Shown piece after piece: positions 55,137 to 64,000 of a stretch of 64,000 nt of DNA. A program made the translations under genes and the position numbers. The number at the start of each line of letters is the position of its first letter. Position 1 is the first letter of the stretch. The notes below the pieces were generated by a model. It saw only the letters and a list, made by a program, of their open reading frames with translations, did no database searches and was not told where the DNA came from. The stretch is from NCBI GenBank assembly GCA_964503955.1, contig CAZDCG010000004.1, positions 16,181-80,180 of the forward strand. The letters are read 5' to 3'. Source of the DNA: an uncultured Gammaproteobacteria bacterium. Lineage in GTDB: Bacteria > Patescibacteriota > Patescibacteriia > VMEV01 > CAYQCH01.

Positions 55137-57860
55137 ATGAAGAAACAGAAAACATTTATCATCATCGACGGCAACGCGATTCTGCATCGCGCATGGCATG
55201 CATTACCGCCAACGCTCATGACCAAAGACGGATTGATCGTGAATGCAGTCTTTGGTTTTACATCGATTCTACTCAAGGTTTTCAGCGATCTTAAGCCCGA
55301 TTTTATTGCGGTTGCGTGGGATACGGCGGCCAAGACCGTACGCGCGGAAAAGTATGTTGACTACAAAGCAACACGCGAAAAAAAGGAGCAGGAGCTCTAC
55401 GATCAAATCGAATTGATCCAGGAAATCGTGGCGGCATTTGCCATTCCAAATCTCATGAAAGACGGGTATGAAGCAGATGATATGATCGCGACATTGGCAA
55501 AGCGGGCGAAAAAAGAGGGGCTTTCAACCATCATCGTGACTGGGGATATGGATTTGCTTCAGCTTGTGGATGAATCAACGTTTGTGTACGCATTAAAGAA
55601 AGGAATTTCGCAAACGATTCTGTTTGATCGGGCCGCCGTAAAAGAACGTTATGGATTGTCGCCATTGCAAATCATCGATTATAAGGCGCTCAAAGGCGAT
55701 CCATCTGACAATATCAAAGGAGTAAAAGGAATCGGCGAAAAGAGCGCGATCGAACTGCTGCAGCAATTTGAAACGGTGGAAGGCATTTATGAAGCGATTG
55801 AGTCGGGCAAAACAGCATCCATCAAGCCGGCTCAGCTCAAGAAATTGGTTGATGGGAAAAAAGATGCCCTGCTTTCAAAAGAAATTGTCACATTATATTC
55901 GGATGTACCATGCAAATTTACCTTTGAAGAGGCGGCATTTGGCCGATATAACTTGAATGACGTATTTGAATTGTTCCAACGTTACGAATTCAGGTCTTTG
56001 TTAAGCCGCGTCCCCAAACCTCAGCAGGCGCTTGATTTCGACTCGTCCGCGCCTAAAACTGCCGGATATGTTTACGTGACCACGCCGGATGAATGCGACA
56101 AGGTTGCGGCTTTGCTCAAACAAGCAAAGGCATTCGCCTTTGATACGGAAACAACAGGCTATCGTCCGCTCTATGATGAAATGCTTGGATTAAGCGTAAG
56201 TTTTGAGGAGGAAAAAGCATTTTACATCCATGCAAAAGCCGTCACCGATGCATTAAAGGGGGTGTTTGCTGATTCACAGATCAAGAAAATCGCGCATCAG
56301 GCAAGATTTGACCTGGAGGTGCTCATGAAGGCCGGATTTGAAATCAATAATCTTGTCTTTGATACGAAAATCGCGGCCTATCTGCTTAATCCGGGCAGCA
56401 CATCAACCGGCTTGAAAGATTTGGCCTTTGAAGAATTCGGCGTGCAGATGACCAAGCTTGAGGATTTGCTTGGAAAAGGGAAGAACGCGTTGACGATGCC
56501 TCAGCTGGCTGAACAAAAATCTGAGCAGCTGGCAGAGTATGCTGCAGCCGACGCCGATTTTACCTTCCGGCTCTGGCCGATTCTTGCGAAACGGCTAAAA
56601 GAAGAAGGCTTGGAAACAGTTTTTGCCGAGATAGAAATCCCGCTGATCAGGGTACTGGTCGATATTGAACAAAACGGTGTCGTGCTTGATAAAAGCGTTC
56701 TTGCAAAACTTGCCAAGACATTCCGCAAGCGCATGGACACCATGGAGGAAGAAATTTATACATTGAGCAAAGGTGAATTTAATATCAACTCGCCCCGTCA
56801 ATTAGCCGAAGTCTTGTTTGATCGTTTAGGTTTGCCAACGGAGGGCATCAAAAAAACGAAAAGCGGCTATTCAACCGCGGCCTCTGAACTGGACAAACTC
56901 GCCCCCTTGCATCCGCTGATCAGTTTGATCGGGGATTACCGTGAATTGGCGAAGCTGAAAAGCACCTATATCGATTCACTGCCTGAATTGATTCACCCCA
57001 AAACCGGGCGTGTCCATGGCAGCTTCCATCAGACCGTAGCGGCGACCGGCCGTCTTTCGTCCTCTGATCCGAATCTGCAGAATATTCCGATTCGAACCGA
57101 AGAAGGCAAAAAAATCCGCGAAGCATTTATTGCTCCAAAAGGATACTATCTGCTCAGCTGCGATTATTCGCAATTTGAACTTCGCATTGTCGCTTCGCTC
57201 GCGCAAGATCCTGAAATGATTGATGCCTTCAAAAAAGGAGAAGACATCCACCGCCGCACAGCTGCGCTGATTAACGAAATCAAGCCTGAGCAAGTGACGG
57301 ATGCCATGCGCTATGCCGCCAAAGCAGTGAATTTCGGGATTATTTATGGGCAGGGGCCATGGGGATTATCGCAAACCGCAAAAATCCCTCTGAATGAAGC
57401 GAAAATGTTCATTGAGAAGTACTTTAAAAAGCATGCGGCCATTGAGCGGTATCTGGACAAGGCAAAAGCGGACGCGAAGAAGAAAGGGTATGCGCAGACC
57501 ATGTTCGGACGAAAACGCTATTTGCCTGAAATCAATTCATCCGTGCCGGCTGTCAGAGCGGCTGCAGAGCGCATGGCCATCAATATGCCGATTCAAGGCA
57601 GCCAGGCGGATATCCTCAAAATGGCCATGATCCAGCTGCATGAAGCACTGAAATCACGCTTTTCCCGCGACGAAGTCCGCATGATTTTAACCGTGCATGA
57701 CGAGCTGGTTTTTGAAGTAAAAAAAGAACGGCTCAAGGAAGCCGCTCAGTTTATTCGTGAAGCTATGGAGCATCCAAAAGGTGTCAAGTTGAAGGTACCA
57801 ATGAAAGTGGATGCGGAATTCGGTGAAAACTGGGGAGAAATGCAGCCGGTTGCATTTTAG
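55137..57860 (+). CDS. polA: DNA polymerase I
   Basis: IIDG, YEADD, GDPSDNI, FDTET, TGRLSSSDPNLQNIP, DYSQFELR, KAVNFG, VHDEL. Confidence 0.98.
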   Translation: MKKQKTFIIIDGNAILHRAWHALPPTLMTKDGLIVNAVFGFTSILLKVFSDLKPDFIAVAWDTAAKTVRAEKYVDYKATREKKEQELYDQIELIQEIVAAFAIPNLMKDGYEADDMIATLAKRAKKEGLSTIIVTGDMDLLQLVDESTFVYALKKGISQTILFDRAAVKERYGLSPLQIIDYKALKGDPSDNIKGVKGIGEKSAIELLQQFETVEGIYEAIESGKTASIKPAQLKKLVDGKKDALLSKEIVTLYSDVPCKFTFEEAAFGRYNLNDVFELFQRYEFRSLLSRVPKPQQALDFDSSAPKTAGYVYVTTPDECDKVAALLKQAKAFAFDTETTGYRPLYDEMLGLSVSFEEEKAFYIHAKAVTDALKGVFADSQIKKIAHQARFDLEVLMKAGFEINNLVFDTKIAAYLLNPGSTSTGLKDLAFEEFGVQMTKLEDLLGKGKNALTMPQLAEQKSEQLAEYAAADADFTFRLWPILAKRLKEEGLETVFAEIEIPLIRVLVDIEQNGVVLDKSVLAKLAKTFRKRMDTMEEEIYTLSKGEFNINSPRQLAEVLFDRLGLPTEGIKKTKSGYSTAASELDKLAPLHPLISLIGDYRELAKLKSTYIDSLPELIHPKTGRVHGSFHQTVAATGRLSSSDPNLQNIPIRTEEGKKIREAFIAPKGYYLLSCDYSQFELRIVASLAQDPEMIDAFKKGEDIHRRTAALINEIKPEQVTDAMRYAAKAVNFGIIYGQGPWGLSQTAKIPLNEAKMFIEKYFKKHAAIERYLDKAKADAKKKGYAQTMFGRKRYLPEINSSVPAVRAAAERMAINMPIQGSQADILKMAMIQLHEALKSRFSRDEVRMILTVHDELVFEVKKERLKEAAQFIREAMEHPKGVKLKVPMKVDAEFGENWGEMQPVAF

Positions 57861-58429
57861 GCTTGCGTATCGTGTTGCACGTGATAGGTACGGTATTCGT
57901 AGGCGATACGGTTGACTTCGCGCGAAATCATTTCCGGCTGGGGAATTTGCTGGAACTGGAAGAGATTTTTCGCGGCGGCGGATTGTACCAGCACATTGCC
58001 GTAATTCAGAATGGTTGGAAAAAATCCTTTCACGGTCGCAGACACATCCTGTACCTGGGAGAGATTCTGCTCAGAGACACGGATATTGAATAATCCTTTC
58101 TGCTCTCGATCAACAATGCGGTGGGAGGTGACAATCCATAAATCAAGGTAATAATCGATAAAAACCGTAAACGCGATCACCCAGAGGAAAAGGTAGTACA
58201 GGCTGGCCAGCAGCGTAAGGATCGCCCGGGTCGATTCTGTTTGAAAAAGGGAAGGGAATGAGTCGTCGAAGAAGAAATAGAGCACGACGGGGATGACGGC
58301 AAACATCAAGAGAAAGAGGTATTTCCCGACGATGACAAACCAATGGCGTCTAAGAAAATAGAGAATACGTTCATCGCCGATGCGCTTTTGATTCGGGAGC
58401 CATCTCTCCCAGAGCTGTTGCTGGCTCAT
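57857..58429 (-). CDS. Membrane protein with bacterial PH domain
   Basis: RRHW, two TM segments, IVTSHRIVD.EQKGLF, VQDV, NYGNV.VQSA. Confidence 0.8.
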   Translation of the reverse strand: MSQQQLWERWLPNQKRIGDERILYFLRRHWFVIVGKYLFLLMFAVIPVVLYFFFDDSFPSLFQTESTRAILTLLASLYYLFLWVIAFTVFIDYYLDLWIVTSHRIVDREQKGLFNIRVSEQNLSQVQDVSATVKGFFPTILNYGNVLVQSAAAKNLFQFQQIPQPEMISREVNRIAYEYRTYHVQHDTQA

Positions 58430-58701
58430 AATGAGAAGTCATTAAAGGAAGCGGGTGATTGAAAGCTTCCGGATCCGGAAAAAACACTCAAGGAATCACT
58501 CCAGTTCACTTGCAGCAGGAAGGTTGATGACGCAAAGAGGATGAACAAAAATCCGGCCAGGAAAATGCCGGTGGCAAAGTAGCTGAGCCTGTCGAAATGT
58601 CCGAAGCGAAACATGTGGTACAGGTTGAAGAGGGCATAGATAACCGCGAGTCCGCAAAGGACAAGGTAAACTGTCAGGAAAAAAGAAAGAGGAATGCCCA
58701 T
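58426..58701 (-). CDS. Small two-TM membrane protein
   Basis: Hydrophobic; NLYHMFRFG; coupled between ruvB and the PH-domain gene. Confidence 0.7.
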   Translation of the reverse strand: MGIPLSFFLTVYLVLCGLAVIYALFNLYHMFRFGHFDRLSYFATGIFLAGFLFILFASSTFLLQVNWSDSLSVFSGSGSFQSPASFNDFSL

Positions 58702-58704
58702 ACG

Positions 58705-59709
58705 CTAGGGTTGTTTTAAGCCAAGATGTTTGTAAGCAAGCGATGTGACGAGTCTTCCCCGCGGGGTGCGCTCAATCAGGCCGGCTTGAAGCAAAAAGGG
58801 TTCGCAGACTTCTTCGACCGTGCCGACTTCCTGATCAGTTGCCGCGGCTATGGTGGTTAAACCGACCGGTCCGCCGGAGAATTTATTGATAATGGTGGTA
58901 AGGATCAGGCGGTCAACTTTATCAAGGCCGAGCAAATCAACTTCAAGCAAATCCAGTGCTTCAGACGCGATTTTTGGAGTGAGGTTCCCGCCATGTTTGA
59001 CCTGGCTGTAATCACGGACGCGCTTGAGAAGGCGATTGGCAATGCGCGGCGTTTTCCGTGCGCGGGCGGCAATAGACAGAGCGGTTTCCTGTTCAATTGG
59101 AACGGAGAGCATATGCGCATTGCGTTTGAGAATGGACGCGATTTCTTCGTCTTCGTAGAACGAAAGGTGGAGCAGATTGCCAAAGCGGTCGCGAAGCGGG
59201 GAAGAGAGCAGGCTCATGCGCGTTGTCGCGCCGATAAGTGTGAATTTAGGCAAATCAAGGCGGATCGTTCGCGCGGAAGGGCCTTTTCCAATAACGAGAT
59301 CCAGTGCGTAATCTTCCATGGCGGGATACAGCATTTCTTCAACCGTGCGGTTGAGACGGTGGATTTCATCAATGAATAGAATATCTCCCGGCTGCAAATT
59401 TGTGAGCAGCGCGGCCAGGTCGCCCGTGCGTTCAAGGGCAGGACCGGACGTAATCACAATCTGCGCACCCATTTCCTTGGCGATGATATGCGCCAGGGTT
59501 GTTTTCCCAAGTCCGGGAGAGCCGTACAGGAGCACATGATCAAGCGATTCTTTGCGCTGCTTTGCGGCTTCAATTGCGATCAGCAAATTCGCCTTGATCT
59601 TTTCCTGGCCGACATACTCATCGAGATTTTTCGGGCGCAAAGATTGCTGAAACTGCTGTTCTTCAGCCAATTCGACGCGCTGGGTGGTTTCACTGACAAA
59701 ATCTTGCAT
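58705..59709 (-). CDS. ruvB: Holliday junction DNA helicase RuvB
   Basis: [47 protein letters not shown]. Confidence 0.98.
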   Translation of the reverse strand: MQDFVSETTQRVELAEEQQFQQSLRPKNLDEYVGQEKIKANLLIAIEAAKQRKESLDHVLLYGSPGLGKTTLAHIIAKEMGAQIVITSGPALERTGDLAALLTNLQPGDILFIDEIHRLNRTVEEMLYPAMEDYALDLVIGKGPSARTIRLDLPKFTLIGATTRMSLLSSPLRDRFGNLLHLSFYEDEEIASILKRNAHMLSVPIEQETALSIAARARKTPRIANRLLKRVRDYSQVKHGGNLTPKIASEALDLLEVDLLGLDKVDRLILTTIINKFSGGPVGLTTIAAATDQEVGTVEEVCEPFLLQAGLIERTPRGRLVTSLAYKHLGLKQP

Positions 59710-59971
59710 ATACGCAATTATAACGGAAAAATGAGTTGATTTCTACCGCCAAGGCCTACCCTGTAATTCCTCGATTTACATCCAGTCTTCCCTCTCTACT
59801 TACGTTTAAATCCAAACAGAGAAGTAGCCATGAGTCCGTTTAGATAGATAAACAAAGACGGTCCAGCTTGTGGACCGTCTTTGAATAACACGTATCGTCT
59901 TTGCGGCTCCGAAAGGAGCCTGCTCTCATCGTGGAGGTGCATCCGCTTTGCGGATGTTGTTTGTTTAATGG

Positions 59972-60160
59972 TTATCGCCCCCTAGGCTTTTTGGGACGAT
60001 ATACCCGGCTATTGGAACAATTTTCCAAAAACGTCGACTGTGGCATATCGCTCCAGGTGAAAAGGTATGATACACAGATGCAAGTTCTGTATGAATTCCG
60101 TTTCACGAAGACCTTACTGGATACCATCCAAGAAACCCAGATTCGGGAGAGATGGGGCAT
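59972..60160 (-). CDS. Small orphan ORF (62 aa)
   Basis: SD GAGGAGG 5 nt before ATG; structured leader and trailer. Confidence 0.4.
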   Translation of the reverse strand: MPHLSRIWVSWMVSSKVFVKRNSYRTCICVSYLFTWSDMPQSTFLENCSNSRVYRPKKPRGR

Positions 60161-60506
60161 TGCTTCCTCCTCTGGTGGCTTTCTTGATCGAGACGCTTAG
60201 AGCTACCGAAGTGACAGGTCTTTCTATTGAACGACCAACGGCTCCGGAGACGAGATGAGGAGGAAGCGTCTCTCCCGTACGTCTCGGCGTCAAGAAAGCC
60301 CAGAGGGGAAAACAATGTTGTTAAAAGGGCAGAGTGATTCGAGACTATCTTAACATGGGGGAGCTGGTCTGCAAGTTGTGCTAATATTAGATAAAAAATG
60401 GGGCATTGTGGACACGGTGTGAACAACTCAGGGATAAATGGATAACCGCGCAGCATCAATAATTTATACAATTTCCCTAAGGAAAACTTACGCAGAATAC
60501 ACCGCA

Positions 60507-60806
60507 TTAAGCGGATGGATTCTGCGCGCCGGCTTTGAGCGCGTCTTTTAGCGCTTTTCCGGCTTTAAATTTTGGAATGGTAACGGCCGGAATTTGGATG
60601 CGTTCTTCGGGCTTCTGCGGATTCACACCCATGCGCGCTGAACGAAATTTTGCGGAGAAGGTGCCAAAGCCGGTTAATGTGACTTCATTCCCTTTTGTCA
60701 GGGAATCCGTAATGACATCCAGCATGGTGCGGATAATTTGTTCAACATCTTTTTTGGGAAGGCCGGTTCGCGCAACAATCGCGTCTGCCAGTTCAAATTT
60801 ATTCAT
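60507..60806 (-). CDS. hup: HU family DNA-binding protein
   Basis: MNKFEL, VTLTGFGTF, ARMGVNPQ, PKFKAGKALKDAL. Confidence 0.95.
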   Translation of the reverse strand: MNKFELADAIVARTGLPKKDVEQIIRTMLDVITDSLTKGNEVTLTGFGTFSAKFRSARMGVNPQKPEERIQIPAVTIPKFKAGKALKDALKAGAQNPSA

Positions 60807-60896
60807 AGAGGAGGCGATTAAGTGGTTGAAATAGGTTGAATCATTATAAAAGGTTTGGTCAAGGAATGGTAGTGGAAATCCTTGCGCATGCAAAGC

Positions 60897-61688
60897 TCAG
60901 ACGGCTATTTCCGTTTGCAGCTGGGTGAAGTTGACGGCTTTGTAGTCTTCGCCGGTTTCAAGCAGCACGGCATTGATCATGCAGACGCCTTCTTCCGCAT
61001 AGCGAAAGCCGATCTTTTCTCCGGTCACAAATCGTTTAACAATCACGTCTTTGTCTACGCCGATCACCGAATCTTTTGGGCCAACCATACCTACATCGGA
61101 TATATACGCTGTACCATCGGGCAATATTCTGGCATCTGCGGTTGGAACATGCGTATGGCTGCCGACAACGCACGAAACGCGTCCGTCCAGATGCCATCCT
61201 AAAGCGACTTTTTCAGAGGTGGTTTCCGCGTGGAAATCCACAAAAATGGCGGCGTATTTATGTGGAGGATAGCTTGCCAGAATATGATTTGCGGCAAGAA
61301 ACGGATTGTCGACTTCTTCTTTCATGAAGACCTGTCCCTGCAGATTGATGATGAGCACTTTTTTCCCGCCAATTTCAAGCTCGGCAATGCCTTTGCCTGA
61401 GCGGCGGCTGCCATAATTTTCCGGACGGATCACAACCGGCTTTGATTCCTGCAGGAGTTCCTCACCATTGGGTTTATCCCAGACATGGTTTCCGGACGTG
61501 AAGAATTGCACGCCCGCCTGCTGCAATTCATGAACAGTTTTTGGCGTGATACCTGCTCCATGAGCCACATTTTCCGCATTGGCGATAATCAGGTCGGGTT
61601 GATATTCCTTGATCCATTGCGGGAGTATTGCCCGCACGCCAGCCCGTCCAACCTTGCCAACCACATCGCCGAAGTAGAGGATTTTCAT
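60897..61688 (-). CDS. ymdB: YmdB-family metallophosphoesterase
   Basis: GDVVG, NAEN, TSGNHVWD, DFHAETTSEK, GSHTHV, DVGMVG; downstream of rny. Confidence 0.93.
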   Translation of the reverse strand: MKILYFGDVVGKVGRAGVRAILPQWIKEYQPDLIIANAENVAHGAGITPKTVHELQQAGVQFFTSGNHVWDKPNGEELLQESKPVVIRPENYGSRRSGKGIAELEIGGKKVLIINLQGQVFMKEEVDNPFLAANHILASYPPHKYAAIFVDFHAETTSEKVALGWHLDGRVSCVVGSHTHVPTADARILPDGTAYISDVGMVGPKDSVIGVDKDVIVKRFVTGEKIGFRYAEEGVCMINAVLLETGEDYKAVNFTQLQTEIAV

Positions 61689-61788
61689 ATCAGGAGACGA
61701 ACAGACACACAGACTTTTCAGACGCACAGACCTACTCGCACTGTATCTTGGTCTGTGAGTCTGGCGTTCTGTGATGTCTGTGAGTCTA

Positions 61789-63303
61789 TTATCGAGCGTA
61801 TTCCACGAAACGCTTTTCACGAATCAAATTCACTTTGATTTCACCTGGGTAATTGAGCTCGGTCTGGATATCGTTGGCGATATCGCGGCAAAGCTTCATG
61901 GCCGCCCAGTCATCGACCTTGTCAGAAGCAACAAAGACACGGATTTCTCGTCCTGCCTGAATCGCGTAGGCTTTCTCAACAGAATCGCGGCGGGTTGCGA
62001 CATTTTCAAGTTCGGTCAGGCGCTGGATATACAGCTCATGCGTGTCTCTGCGCGCGCCTGGCCGCCCGCCTGAGATCATATCGGCAACTTTCACGATGAG
62101 CGCTTCAAGGGTCGGAGGAACATCGTCATGATGATTGGCAATCGGGTAGATAATTTCCTCGGGCAAACCGAATTTGCGCCCAAGCACGGCGCCGATTTCC
62201 GGATGCGTTCCCTGTACTTCGTGATCAACCGCTTTTCCGATGTCATGCAGCAGACCTCCTTTGCGGGCAACTCCAACGTCCGCGCCAAGCTCTTCGGCCA
62301 GCAGAGCCGCAAGGTGCGCCACTTCAATCGAATGAAGCAAGACGTTCTGGCCATAACTTGTGCGGTATTTGAGGCGGCCCAGGATGGCGATGATATTTTT
62401 ATCAAGTCCCGCAACGCCGGCTTTATAGGCTGCTTCTTCTCCGGCGCGCTTAAGATCAAGCGCCATTTCCTTTTTGGCGGTTTCAACCACTTCTTCAATG
62501 CGCGCCGGCTGGATGCGTCCGTCGGCAAGCATTTTTTCAAGCGCGCGCTTTGCCAAATGGCGTCGGATGGGGCTGAACGAAGAAATGGTGATGACCTGAG
62601 GGGTATCGTCCACGATCAGCTCAACACCGGTAAGGCGCTCAAGCGTTTTGATATTGCGGCCTTCTTTGCCGATAATACGGCCCTTCATTTCATCGGAAGG
62701 CAAATCCACGATGGTGGTAGTGACTTCCGCAATATGCGATTGCGCCACGCGCTGGATGACATTAGCCAAGACTTTTTTGGCCTTGATTTCCATTTCTTCC
62801 GCAGTCTCGTCTTGCAACTTTCTGACGCGCTGTAAAATTTCAGGCCCCCATTCTTTCTCAACAGACTGCATCAGAACATTCTTTGCGTCTTCACGGCTCA
62901 GCGCTGCCACGCGTTCAAGCTTGGCCAGCTGCTCTTCCTTGATTTTGCGGATTTCTTCCTTGTTTTTTTCGATATCCTGAGCCTTTTCTTGCAAAGCTTC
63001 CTGTTTATCCTGCAATTCCAAAATCTTCTTATCAAAGGCCTCTTCGCGCTGCTCAATGCGCTTCTGCTGCTGGGCGATTTCCTGGCGGCGCTGCTGCTCT
63101 TGCTGGCGCGCTTCATCAAGCGCTCGTTGCGCTTCTTTTTTCGCATTCAGGACCAGGTCTTCGGCCTGGCTCTTTGCTTTCTTTAAAAGATCCTGCGCTT
63201 TTTCTTCCGCGTTCTCGGTCGTCTTTTTGGCAAGCGACTGTCTGAGAACATAGCCCGCGCCGGCTCCAACCAGGAGACCGATCACGATATAAACGAGTTG
63301 CAT
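61789..63303 (-). CDS. rny: Ribonuclease Y
   Basis: N-terminal TM, coiled coil, KH (KGRIIGKEGRNI), HD (LLHDIGK), RPGAR. Confidence 0.97.
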   Translation of the reverse strand: MQLVYIVIGLLVGAGAGYVLRQSLAKKTTENAEEKAQDLLKKAKSQAEDLVLNAKKEAQRALDEARQQEQQRRQEIAQQQKRIEQREEAFDKKILELQDKQEALQEKAQDIEKNKEEIRKIKEEQLAKLERVAALSREDAKNVLMQSVEKEWGPEILQRVRKLQDETAEEMEIKAKKVLANVIQRVAQSHIAEVTTTIVDLPSDEMKGRIIGKEGRNIKTLERLTGVELIVDDTPQVITISSFSPIRRHLAKRALEKMLADGRIQPARIEEVVETAKKEMALDLKRAGEEAAYKAGVAGLDKNIIAILGRLKYRTSYGQNVLLHSIEVAHLAALLAEELGADVGVARKGGLLHDIGKAVDHEVQGTHPEIGAVLGRKFGLPEEIIYPIANHHDDVPPTLEALIVKVADMISGGRPGARRDTHELYIQRLTELENVATRRDSVEKAYAIQAGREIRVFVASDKVDDWAAMKLCRDIANDIQTELNYPGEIKVNLIREKRFVEYAR

Positions 63304-63655
63304 AAGGGGGATGCCCCTTCAAATACTGCGATGGATGTCTAAAAACGAAAAGCACGCTGCCTTAGCAGAGCAGCGTCTTAGGATACGGAGTAGTGGTGTA
63401 ATCCGTTCGAGTTGTGTTCGCGTTGTGGCGGTCTGATACCGTCATAATTGTGCGAATGTTAGCTGTATACACCAGAGTTTCTGAGGCAATTCCACCGGAT
63501 CTGAAAGGACGGTTTAATAACAGATGAACAAGCAAACGATAACAGGTTTTTCTCTTCTGGTCAATCGTGTTAAATAGGCGTGGAATATCTTTGTTTTTAG
63601 ACCGTCCTTGTATCCTTATCTTCCTTCATCCTTCTTCTTAATACATGTCACAATC

Positions 63656-63686
63656 AAAAACACCCTTGGATGAGCAAGGGTGTTCT
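63656..63686 (-). terminator. Intrinsic terminator after clpP
   Basis: aacacccttg/caagggtgtt stem with T-tract on the minus strand. Confidence 0.75.
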
Positions 63687-63703
63687 CGTAGACGAGGGCG
63701 GAT

Positions 63704-64000
63704 TTACTTCTTCTCGATAATCTTATCAACCAGTCCGTACTTCTGGGCTTCAGGAGCTCCCATGAAATAATCGCGGTCCGCGTCTTTTTCAATCGTCTTC
63801 ATGTCCTGGCCGGTATGCTTTGAGAGGATTTCGTTCAGCTTATTTTTGATTTTGAGGATATGCTCGGCATGAATCTGAATGTCGGAAGCTTGTCCCTGTG
63901 CGCCCCCCATGACCTGATGGATCATGATTTCCGCATTTGGCAAGGCAAAGCGTTTCCCGGCTGCCCCTGAAGCGAGCAGGACTGCGCCCATGCTGGCCGC
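63704..64000 (-). CDS. clpP: ATP-dependent Clp protease proteolytic subunit (3' part; truncated by the window edge)
   Basis: [30 protein letters not shown]. Confidence 0.95.
   Translation of the reverse strand, partial: AASMGAVLLASGAAGKRFALPNAEIMIHQVMGGAQGQASDIQIHAEHILKIKNKLNEILSKHTGQDMKTIEKDADRDYFMGAPEAQKYGLVDKIIEKK

Overview
Chromosomal window from a small-genome bacterium using the standard genetic code (TGA is a stop). It is most likely Patescibacteria/CPR (Parcubacteria/ABY1-like). That is inferred from a 23S-5S unit with no 16S, a 23S group I intron, a 2499-aa Cys-rich surface protein and largely SD-less housekeeping genes. Housekeeping genes: holA, rpsT, dksA-like, lspA, comM, leuS, rsmA, polA, ruvB, HU, ymdB, rny and partial clpP. 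Also present are envelope genes, tRNA-Leu(TAG), and 23S rRNA with a LAGLIDADG-encoding group I intron at L1931 followed by 5S. Most notable: (1) a TrmB-headed cluster combining UDP-GlcNAc synthesis genes (glmS, a split GlmU, YvcK/GlmR) with a three-gene ATP-dependent citrate-cleavage system; (2) a ~2.75-kb GC-rich minus-strand unit of small SD-led orphan ORFs separated by related structured spacers; (3) a ~530-nt candidate structured ncRNA with its own promoter and terminator; (4) miniature elements on both sides of tRNA-Leu, several dispersed repeat families and a recurrent palindromic motif. All calls were made by eye from motifs; no database searches were run.
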